Of a stretch of DNA of 64,000 nucleotides, positions 29,195-37,376 are shown in pieces. The position numbers were made by a program, and so were the translations under genes. The stretch comes from Candidatus Poribacteria bacterium (GTDB lineage: Bacteria; Poribacteria; WGA-4E; PCPOR2b): contig OZ244587.1 in NCBI GenBank assembly GCA_965218095.1, forward strand, positions 960,001 to 1,024,000. The letters are read 5' to 3'. Position 1 is the stretch's first letter, and each line of letters begins with the position of its first letter. Under the pieces are notes generated by a model that searched no databases, was not told the DNA's origin, and worked only from the letters and a program-made list of their open reading frames with translations.

Positions 29195-31618
29195 ATGCCT
29201 TGGCCAAGCCGGATCGATTATACACAGGCAGTACGCGATTTTCCTCATATCAGCATATTGGACCCAAAACTTAAAGGTGGAAACCCCCGGAGGGGTTCTA
29301 ACAACTACTTGATAGCTTACTCCGGCGGCTTTTCGATTGTGTTTCCGATTGAAGTGTTATCGAACACCTATGCGCTGCGGTGTTGGATTGCAGACATTGG
29401 GGATGCCGAAACTCGGTATGAAAAAATATCAAAGTATCTGGAACAACGCCGTTTGCCCTACTTTGTCGATTTTGCCTATGTTCCCAAAGGCATTCTGGTG
29501 AATGGTATTAAGTATTCCACCACGCGCATGGAATGGGCAGAGGGGGAAACACTTTGTGATTTTATCGAGCAAAATTTGCAGGATGCTAGGTGCTTGAAAA
29601 CCGCTGCGGCGGAATTTCAAAAGATGGTTGAAACCCTCCATACTCACCAAATTTCACACGGGGACCTTCAAGATGGAAATATCCTGTTCAAGCGAAACGG
29701 AACTGATGTCAAAATCAAGTTGATAGACTACGACAGTTTGTTCGTTCCGGCACTTCGTGGGCAACCTGATAACATTGTTGGGATTCCGGAGTATCAACAC
29801 CCTCAAAGAATAGCAGGCGGTGGGGGTGCAAACGAAAAAGTGGACTACTTTTCGGAGTTGGTGATCTATCTCTCCTTATTGAGCCTCGCGGAAAAACCCG
29901 ATCTCTGGAATCAGTTTGGGGATCGAACCGAAAAAGGGTTGTTGTTCATAGCCGAGGATTTCAAAAATCCAGACCAATCCGACGTTCTCCGAGAGCTTGA
30001 AAACCTGTCGCCGGATGTGAAGCAACTGGCTTCAAAATTAAAAGAATTTTGTAAGCTATCCATTGACCAATTGGAACCACTAGAAGCGGTGTTGCCAAAA
30101 ATCTCGCCGGCCCAGGTTGCTTACGACCTAGGTGTCACTTACCTTCACGCTCAACAATATAAAGCAGCGATTGACGAGTTCAAAAAGGCGATAGTCCTTG
30201 ACCCGAATTATAAAGAGGCACACCATGGGCTGGGCCTTGCACACTTAAAGATGGGTAGTCTTGGGGAAGCGAAAAGGGCAGCGGAAGCAGCTTTAAGAAT
30301 TGATCCGTACTATCAGCCTGCTCATCAACTTTTGGATGCTATAAAATCATCTAGTACCTCTTCTGTTGTGACTCCACCGCCTCCGCCTACAGGAATATCA
30401 AGACCGGTTTCCACAAATCCAACTTCTCAACCCTCTCCGTCTACGGGAGCACCAAGACCGACTCCCACAAATCCAGCTTCTCAGTCGTCTCCGTCCACGG
30501 GAACATCAAGACCGACTCCCACAAATCCAGCTTCTCAGCCATCTCCGTCCGCGGGAGCACCAAGACCGACTCCCACAAATCCAACTTCTCAGCCGGCAAA
30601 GCCGCAACCTACTTCCTCAAACCGTTGGCAGTACATTACTGGTGCTTTAGCTTTTGTCTTAGTGATTTGGATTGTGGCATTCGTAATCCAGATGAGCGAG
30701 GAAGATGAAGTGCTCCGCCGAAAACCGGGAGTTACTAAACCAATTCACCAAACTGCAAACGGAAACAATATCGCTGAAGAACGGAAACCAAAAGTTGCGA
30801 GACGAGAACCAAAAGTTGCAAAACAAGAACACGTTCCAAAGCCGGGGGCGATAGAGCCAACCCCCCAAACGGGGAACGAAAAGGGCACCGAAAATCCAAT
30901 TCCTATCACTCCCAGACCGGCAAGCGAAACAGGTTTTCCCGGCCAAAACCGAGAGTTGCAAAACCAACTCACCGAAGGGAGAACTGAACAGGACGAGGAA
31001 ATTCAGACTCAAATTGCTAGAGCCCACGACGAAACAGTAGCACTTCGTAGTCAAAACCAAAGATTGCGAGATGAAAACGAAAAGCTTCGTAGCGAAACCC
31101 GAATGTTGCATAACGATAACCAAAGGTTGCATAACGATAACACCACGTTACAGAAGCGACTAGACGAACTGACACAGAGTCCTGTTGAGTCAGTCCCTAG
31201 CCCCAGTTACGATCAACTTCGTGCAGAACCTCTCCAAGAGATTTCTCATAACGTCCGCCCTCGAGTAAGACTAGCTGCGATGTCTAAAAATAATCAAGGA
31301 TGCATTAACTTTAACAGGAACCAGCATCGCACAGCGATTAAACTTTTCCAAGATGCCATAAAGAACGATCCAAAATCTGCAATAGTTCACTACAACCTTG
31401 GTTGCACTTACTTAGCAATAACAGAGTATGCTGATGCCATAATTTGTCTTGACCAAGCAGTAGCTCTTGACCCAAAATTTAAAGAAGCGCACTACAACCT
31501 TGCTCTTGCTTTTCTTAGGCGGGGCCACCGTCAAGCGGCGATAAATGTGGCTCGAAAAGCCTTAAACATAGATAACAATTATCTGCCTGCTCGCCAGCTT
31601 TTAGACGCTATTGAATAG
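29195..31618 (+). CDS. Protein kinase-like domain + TPRs + Pro/Ser/Thr repeats + TM + coiled coil + TPRs
   Basis: SGGFSIVF, HGDLQDGNIL, LIDYDS, EYQHPQR; TPR motifs (AIVLDPNYKEAHHGLGLA; AVALDPKFKEAHYNLALA); TM YITGALAFVLVIWIVAFVI. Confidence 0.88.
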   Translation: MPWPSRIDYTQAVRDFPHISILDPKLKGGNPRRGSNNYLIAYSGGFSIVFPIEVLSNTYALRCWIADIGDAETRYEKISKYLEQRRLPYFVDFAYVPKGILVNGIKYSTTRMEWAEGETLCDFIEQNLQDARCLKTAAAEFQKMVETLHTHQISHGDLQDGNILFKRNGTDVKIKLIDYDSLFVPALRGQPDNIVGIPEYQHPQRIAGGGGANEKVDYFSELVIYLSLLSLAEKPDLWNQFGDRTEKGLLFIAEDFKNPDQSDVLRELENLSPDVKQLASKLKEFCKLSIDQLEPLEAVLPKISPAQVAYDLGVTYLHAQQYKAAIDEFKKAIVLDPNYKEAHHGLGLAHLKMGSLGEAKRAAEAALRIDPYYQPAHQLLDAIKSSSTSSVVTPPPPPTGISRPVSTNPTSQPSPSTGAPRPTPTNPASQSSPSTGTSRPTPTNPASQPSPSAGAPRPTPTNPTSQPAKPQPTSSNRWQYITGALAFVLVIWIVAFVIQMSEEDEVLRRKPGVTKPIHQTANGNNIAEERKPKVARREPKVAKQEHVPKPGAIEPTPQTGNEKGTENPIPITPRPASETGFPGQNRELQNQLTEGRTEQDEEIQTQIARAHDETVALRSQNQRLRDENEKLRSETRMLHNDNQRLHNDNTTLQKRLDELTQSPVESVPSPSYDQLRAEPLQEISHNVRPRVRLAAMSKNNQGCINFNRNQHRTAIKLFQDAIKNDPKSAIVHYNLGCTYLAITEYADAIICLDQAVALDPKFKEAHYNLALAFLRRGHRQAAINVARKALNIDNNYLPARQLLDAIE
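30381..30594 (+). repeat. Intragenic 54-nt tandem repeat, about 4 copies (18-aa PTNPxSQPSPSTGxxRPT)
   Basis: ccacaaatcca recurs at 30411, 30465, 30519 and 30573. Confidence 0.9.
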
Positions 31619-31714
31619 GACGATCGAGGGTGAACAGTTGATTTGGAAGGGGAATTCATTAGTAATTTGTTGAGTTGTGTATGAGGCATCATATCTTAAT
31701 TACGGGGGGATTGG

Positions 31715-32755
31715 ATGGCGTTAAAAACCTGTTTGATGATTGGTGGCAGCGGTATGGCAGGTAGATGGATCCGAAACTTTGTCGATAACTTCAGCGATTG
31801 GATAAAGATTATTGGATTGGTGGATGTGCTGCCAGAGGTGCTGGAACAGCAGGGAGTGGCACTCGGTCTCAGCGCAAATCAACTTTTCACCGACTTTAAC
31901 GAAGCGTGCGCGACGGTCAAAGCGGACTTCTGCGGCGTTGCGACGCCCCCGCAATTCCATAGCCCTGCAGCCATCGCCGCGATGGAAAACGGAATGCCGG
32001 TGATCTGCGAAAAGCCGATCGCCGACACGCTCGAAGCGGCGAAGACGATGGTGGGGGCTTCCCAGAAAACCGGTCTTCCCTGCGCGATTATCCAAAATTA
32101 TCGTTACGCGCCGAATAAGCAGGAACTGATTCGTATACGGGATGAGGGGAGGCTGGGGCGGCTACAGCATATCGTGGGGCGGTATGCCTGCGACTATCGC
32201 CGCTACGAATCGTGGGGGAAGGCGTGGCGGCACGATATGGATTTCAGTCTGCTCTTTGAGGGTTCTGTCCACCATCTCGACATGCTGCGTTTCCTCTCCG
32301 GCGGTGACTGCGAGACGCTGATCGGCTTCGGCTGGAATCCAGAGTGGTCGGGTTTCAAGCACTTTTCCAGTGGGTTATATCTGATGCAGATGGACAACGG
32401 GGTTCACACCTGTTACGAGGGGAATAGCTCTGCTGCGGGCATCATCAACTGTTGGCATAATGAACATTATCGCGCGGAATTTGAGGAGGGGTGTGTCGAA
32501 ATTGCCGGTGAAGATCAGGTCACGATTCACCGGGGCGGTCAGGAGTCGGAGATATACGAAGCACCGGAGATACCCCGCTTCGGTCATGAGTATCTGTTCG
32601 ACGAATTTATTAGCTGGCTTGATGGCGGCGAACCTTCTTCGACGCGAATTGAGGACAACATGAAGAGCTTCGCGTTGGTGATTGCGGCGATGGAAACAAC
32701 GGTTGACGGACAACCGAAACGGATCGCGGACTACTTGGGCGACTTGGATCTTTGA
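31715..32755 (+). CDS. Gfo/Idh/MocA family oxidoreductase
   Basis: IGGSGMAG, CEKPIA, QNYRY, EGSVHHLD. Confidence 0.9.
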   Translation: MALKTCLMIGGSGMAGRWIRNFVDNFSDWIKIIGLVDVLPEVLEQQGVALGLSANQLFTDFNEACATVKADFCGVATPPQFHSPAAIAAMENGMPVICEKPIADTLEAAKTMVGASQKTGLPCAIIQNYRYAPNKQELIRIRDEGRLGRLQHIVGRYACDYRRYESWGKAWRHDMDFSLLFEGSVHHLDMLRFLSGGDCETLIGFGWNPEWSGFKHFSSGLYLMQMDNGVHTCYEGNSSAAGIINCWHNEHYRAEFEEGCVEIAGEDQVTIHRGGQESEIYEAPEIPRFGHEYLFDEFISWLDGGEPSSTRIEDNMKSFALVIAAMETTVDGQPKRIADYLGDLDL

Positions 32756-32896
32756 AGATGGTCTCGCGTATCTCAAGATCGGAAAAATGGGTCGAGCGGC
32801 TCAAATCTCTGTCGTAAGCCACTCGCCCCTGAAGCACTCATGTCGGTATCTGAATCTCGACCGACGCAGCTCAGATTTCCTGTTCCATCAGATTAG

Positions 32897-33991
32897 TTAC
32901 CATTCACTCGGAATTCGCGCATGTTCGGTGTAGGCCCTGACAATATTGATAATCAGCCCGATGTCGTTGCGGGCGTCGGCAACCGATGTCCGATTGGGGA
33001 TACCTTCGGTGATGCTTGCGTGGAAGTGACGGATTTCACGGCTGAAAGCACTCTCCCATTCTATCGCCGGCTCCTTGAGAACCGTTGTACCATCTGCGTC
33101 TATCTCATGTACCGTTACCGTAGAGAGGATGCCGCGCGAAAAGCCTGTGGGGTACTTAACGATCACGCGCTTGGTATCGCCGTAAATCTCCAGCGTCTCC
33201 TTGAAGTCCCACAGTCCAGGGATGGCCGCCCATGTATAAACAAGGCGCACCCCGTTTGGGTATTCAAGTATCGTGTTGATTGCACGCCCCCCATTCCAGA
33301 TCTCCGTGCTGACGACGTTGGTTGGCACGCCGAGCATGATGCGGAAGCCGTAGAGATCATGGATGCCGCTGCCGGAGAGCGTGGAGAAGGCGGCCCTGGC
33401 AGCGTCGGGTGCGTCTCCGATGGCATCGCGAAGCGCTGCGTCTCGATCTTCACCCGCTTCACGCATTGCGTCTGGCAGGAGATCATCGAATCGCGTGATC
33501 CGAAAGTTGCGGAGATGGAGGTCATTACCGCAATGCAGGTGATTTGCCTGCACGAACCGGATGTCGTCCATCTGATCGACTTCTCGCTTGGCAACCTCAA
33601 ACGCGGGGTCGTGCACTTTCATGTACCCTGTCTGCCCGACCTTCCCCGATTCCCGATATGCGGAGATGATGGCGTCCGCTTCCTGAAGGGAGAAGCACAT
33701 CGGTTTTTCAATGAAGACATGCTTTCCTGCGTTGAAGGTTGCCACCGCTACCTTTGTCTTTGGATCGGTGTGGCAGAGCAGGACCGCGTCTACGTCAGAT
33801 TCGAGGAGTTCGCGGTAATCCGTCACATGGTTAGGAATGTGGAACGCCTGGGCGGCATACTCAGCGGCGCCTGGCGACTTATCGCAGACCACCGTGACCT
33901 CAAATTCGTCCCTGAGCGCCGTCAAGTTGGGTAGATGATGAACCTGAGCAATTGCCCCACAGCCGATAACGCCGATACGTACTTTCTTCAT
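32897..33991 (-). CDS. Gfo/Idh/MocA family oxidoreductase
   Basis: IGVIGCGAIA, IEKPMC, GYMK, GIHD. Confidence 0.9.
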   Translation of the reverse strand: MKKVRIGVIGCGAIAQVHHLPNLTALRDEFEVTVVCDKSPGAAEYAAQAFHIPNHVTDYRELLESDVDAVLLCHTDPKTKVAVATFNAGKHVFIEKPMCFSLQEADAIISAYRESGKVGQTGYMKVHDPAFEVAKREVDQMDDIRFVQANHLHCGNDLHLRNFRITRFDDLLPDAMREAGEDRDAALRDAIGDAPDAARAAFSTLSGSGIHDLYGFRIMLGVPTNVVSTEIWNGGRAINTILEYPNGVRLVYTWAAIPGLWDFKETLEIYGDTKRVIVKYPTGFSRGILSTVTVHEIDADGTTVLKEPAIEWESAFSREIRHFHASITEGIPNRTSVADARNDIGLIINIVRAYTEHARIPSEW

Positions 33992-34223
33992 AGAATCCTC
34001 CTATCTCGTGTGTAGTCCCGTCGACCGGTCAGGAACTTTCAAAATTCTAATCACCGAGATTCGCGATCTCCTTCGGAAGGAGCCCTGTTGCTTTGGCAAT
34101 AAGGCCAGCCGCAATTCCCTCTCTCAACATGGAACGCGCAATCTTCCTTTTTTCTCGCTGGCGTCCATTCAAAGGATTCTCGATAGTAGCGTTCAGAGAT
34201 TGCCTCGTCCTTGATTCACTGAT

Positions 34224-35096
34224 TCAAAATGGCATATTCCCTGCGCCTTCTGAATCCTCTTCCGCCGATTGTGCCACGGTCTCAGGTGCTGGCGAGTTTG
34301 TTTGATCGCGGTCGGAAGCAGAGGTCGATTCAGGCTTTTCGGGCACTTCGCTTGATTTAACGGCAGCGTCAAGTTGACGGAGGCGATCTATCAACCCCTT
34401 GAAAAGCTCTGGTGACGATTCAGCGGCTTGCAATTCTGCTGAGAGTTGTGTCCACTGTAACTCTGTCATATCGTTGCGGGATTCAACGCCATAGTGACGT
34501 CTCACGTAGCTCCAGAAATCAGGCTTCGTGATGCCCCGCTGTTCAAGTCGCCCTTCAAGCTTGCCTGCCACCACAAACGCGGCTTTCTGTGCATTGGGGA
34601 TTTTATCAGTCCCGGATGCAGCGGGTAACTCCATCCGAGATTGATCGGGTTGTGTTTGTCGATGCAGGTAGAAGTTGAGCACTTCTTTGATGACCGGCAC
34701 CGGAAGCAACTGTTTAATGGCGTTGCGTTGCGCTTTATGAACCGCTTTTGTGAACGCAAAGGGATCTGTGCGATTGCTCACTCTTTTAGCTTGTTCATAA
34801 GCACCGTAACGCGAAGATCCGGTCACTGTATCTGTCGCCTTGGCGATTACAAGCCAGGACTGTTCACGCTCCTCATACTGAATGTCATCGACCTGAATTC
34901 CGCCCCGGCGATTCGCAGCTTCGTTTATCCCCGCCAGGGTTAAGCCTTCGACAATCTTTCCGCCCTGCTTAAATGAGTAGACGTAATCCCGAATCGCTTG
35001 CCCCGTCATCATTTCAACAATCGCTTGATCATCAACCTGATCCAAAACTTCATATTCGGCGACCGGAACAAGCTCATTTTTGGTGTCTTCAGCCAT
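34224..35096 (-). CDS. Hypothetical protein, putative Rad52/Sak-like single-strand annealing protein
   Basis: Predicted beta-beta-beta-alpha core ending FAFTKAVHKAQRNAIKQLLP, a helical C-terminal domain and an acidic tail ending MPF; GGAGG RBS. Confidence 0.5.
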   Translation of the reverse strand: MAEDTKNELVPVAEYEVLDQVDDQAIVEMMTGQAIRDYVYSFKQGGKIVEGLTLAGINEAANRRGGIQVDDIQYEEREQSWLVIAKATDTVTGSSRYGAYEQAKRVSNRTDPFAFTKAVHKAQRNAIKQLLPVPVIKEVLNFYLHRQTQPDQSRMELPAASGTDKIPNAQKAAFVVAGKLEGRLEQRGITKPDFWSYVRRHYGVESRNDMTELQWTQLSAELQAAESSPELFKGLIDRLRQLDAAVKSSEVPEKPESTSASDRDQTNSPAPETVAQSAEEDSEGAGNMPF

Positions 35097-35162
35097 TTTT
35101 ATCCTCCAATCTGTTTACAGGAATATGAAAGGATTCCTGTGAATACCTAATTTTGTCAGGAT

Positions 35163-35191
35163 ATAGTAACAAATTTTATCACATATGTCAA
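35163..35191 (-). promoter_or_regulatory. sigma70-type promoter for 35096
   Basis: TTGACA-17 nt-TACTAT with TG extended -10 on the minus strand. Confidence 0.65.
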
Positions 35192-35224
35192 TATAAAATA
35201 TTGTTTTGTTAAAACCAGAAGGTC

Positions 35225-36010
35225 TTACATTGAATAATCGCGTTTTTCAAGGCGCCGACAGGAAATCCAAAAGAGTATTGCAGATAGAAGTATATGATAG
35301 AATACCATCCACGCCCAGACCGGTGCAATTCCCAGCAAAACATCAGTTTCAGATCTTACAATAGCGATTAACGCACACAAAGGGCTTAACATGCGCAGCA
35401 GATCCAATAAAACCGCCGGAAAAGCTATCAGTGGCGCCAATGCTGGCGTGATAAGCGGTATAAAAGTAAGCGATAGAACAACGGCGTAACTCCGCGAGAT
35501 TGCGTGAATAGATGAGCCAAGCAAGGTGAGGCTGCTGCCGAGTAAAAAAAACAATGTGAACCCCACAATAAACACCAGACCACACTGAAGCAGTTGATAG
35601 AGCGCCAATCCTCCTGTATAGACTGACAACCAAAAGAGTGGAATCGCCAGCCAAACACACCATGATGTGGCGATGAGCGCCCCCATCAGTTTACCGAATA
35701 GGAACTTCCGATAACCGATGGGTGTGAGATTGAGTAAGCTCCAATTGGAGCTTTGCCGTTCAATCCGACATGACTCAACGGCTTGCAGAGGGACAGCAAG
35801 GCCAAGTAAGACACAAAAAAAGAGTGGTACTAATATGGCGTAAATGCTTTCACCAACGTGAATCTGTGGTCGCCCGCGGCTCGATGCAAATTGCTCGAAT
35901 GCTGTGGCAAACAGCGTAAAAGCAAGAGTGCATAAAATAATAAGCTGAATACGGCGATACTTTGGTTGGTGTGCATAACATCGCAACTCTTTAATAATCA
36001 GGGCGATCAT
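35225..36010 (-). CDS. ABC-2-type permease-like membrane protein
   Basis: ALIIKELR, ERQSSNWSLLNLTPI..FLFGKL; about 6 TM helices. Confidence 0.75.
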   Translation of the reverse strand: MIALIIKELRCYAHQPKYRRIQLIILCTLAFTLFATAFEQFASSRGRPQIHVGESIYAILVPLFFCVLLGLAVPLQAVESCRIERQSSNWSLLNLTPIGYRKFLFGKLMGALIATSWCVWLAIPLFWLSVYTGGLALYQLLQCGLVFIVGFTLFFLLGSSLTLLGSSIHAISRSYAVVLSLTFIPLITPALAPLIAFPAVLLDLLRMLSPLCALIAIVRSETDVLLGIAPVWAWMVFYHILLSAILFWISCRRLEKRDYSM

Positions 36011-36081
36011 CTGTTTATTGCAGGCTCCACAGAGTCTCGTAAGGAATTGTATCGTCGTTGCAGAAATTGAGTTTACATAAC

Positions 36082-36110
36082 ATTATAACCGATCTTGATA
36101 ACATGAGCAA
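36082..36110 (-). promoter_or_regulatory. sigma70-type promoter for 36010
   Basis: TTGCTC-17 nt-TATAAT on the minus strand. Confidence 0.5.
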
Positions 36111-36241
36111 GGTTAAGCTGCTAAGCTATCAAAAATGCTTGAACATTAAGAACGAATGTGTTAATCTATTGACATCGTTGTTGCCTCCGAGCAACTTGTT
36201 CTCACAACGATTATGCCCTTAGTTTACAGGAGATAATTAAG

Positions 36242-37216
36242 ATGGAAAAGCGTTTTTCTAAAGTACTACAGATACTCTCAACGATGATGGTACTTACCTT
36301 AGTTCTACTGAGCCGTCTTCATGCGGCTTACAATGGCGAGTGCTGGGTCATCAGCCGCGGTAATATCGTTCGTAAACTTAACGCCGACGGTTTGCTAGAT
36401 CCAACAATAATACCTAATCTTACGCAGGCGCAAGCCGCGGTGGTGAATCCTAAAGATGGCATCGTTTGGATAGCAGTGTCCGCTGCGCACGTTGTCTTCA
36501 GATATGACCCTTCAAGCCAAGATCCAAACCAGGCATTCAAGCAACTTCCTGAAATCAAACGTCCTCATTCGGTCTCAATCAACCCGATTGATGGTACGGT
36601 TTGGATAGGCGGGGAAGATATTGTCCAGAAGTTTTCAGCCGATGGTAGTCAGGTACTTGCGACAATTACTGATGTATACGAACCCGAAGTTGCGGTCAAC
36701 ACGACCGACGGCAGTTGTTGGGTGACGGACTCCAGGGGGAAAATTACCCGGCATAGTGCTACCGGTGCGGTCGCCGCTGCCTCCCCTGTGCAACTCAAAG
36801 AACCCAAGTATGTCGCGGTGAATTCTAAAACCGGTAATGCTTGGGTGACTGATCCTCATGCCAATGTTATCGTAAAATTGAATCCAAGCGGTCAGGAAGT
36901 GCTCAGAATTATTGATATTAAGCTTCCCATCTCTCCGAGCGTCAACCAGAAAGATGGCAATCTTTGGGTTGTGGCCGACTCCAATACCCTCGTTAAGTTA
37001 TCTGCGGACGGCCAAAAACTTCTGGAAGTCCCTGCTGGGATGGCGATTCTCTCAATGTGCGTCAATTCCCAAGATGGAAGCGTTTGGGCCGCGGATCAGG
37101 TTGGATCGACCTTTACAGGCGCCGTCAGTAAATTTTCCGCCAACGGACAGCAGTTGTTTGAAGTTGCGATCCCGAACCCCTCTTTCGTTTCTGTTGGGAA
37201 TTGGTCCGGACCGTGA
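36242..37216 (+). CDS. Secreted NHL-like beta-propeller protein
   Basis: Signal peptide; repeated P..V.VN..DG..WV.D ... KFSADG units. Confidence 0.8.
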   Translation: MEKRFSKVLQILSTMMVLTLVLLSRLHAAYNGECWVISRGNIVRKLNADGLLDPTIIPNLTQAQAAVVNPKDGIVWIAVSAAHVVFRYDPSSQDPNQAFKQLPEIKRPHSVSINPIDGTVWIGGEDIVQKFSADGSQVLATITDVYEPEVAVNTTDGSCWVTDSRGKITRHSATGAVAAASPVQLKEPKYVAVNSKTGNAWVTDPHANVIVKLNPSGQEVLRIIDIKLPISPSVNQKDGNLWVVADSNTLVKLSADGQKLLEVPAGMAILSMCVNSQDGSVWAADQVGSTFTGAVSKFSANGQQLFEVAIPNPSFVSVGNWSGP

Positions 37217-37320
37217 TTTGTGAAACGTAATGCGTAATGCGTGATGTGAAATGCGTATTACGTATTACGTATCGCGCCATTAGTCGATTCGCTGGTTCGC
37301 TTGTTCGTTGATCCGTCTCT
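37217..37320. repeat. Degenerate 7-mer then 8-mer intergenic short tandem repeats
   Basis: cgtaatg/cgtaatg/cgtgatg..cgtatta/cgtatta, then gattcgct/ggttcgct/tgttcgtt/gatccgtc. Confidence 0.6.
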
Positions 37321-37376
37321 CTCCCTCTCTTCCTACCCAATCCATCTGAACACAACCCACAAAAAGGGGTGATCGT

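Noticed and set aside
30381-30594. CRISPR array
   Set aside because: The 54-nt units are contiguous, in frame and have no unique spacers; no cas genes are nearby.
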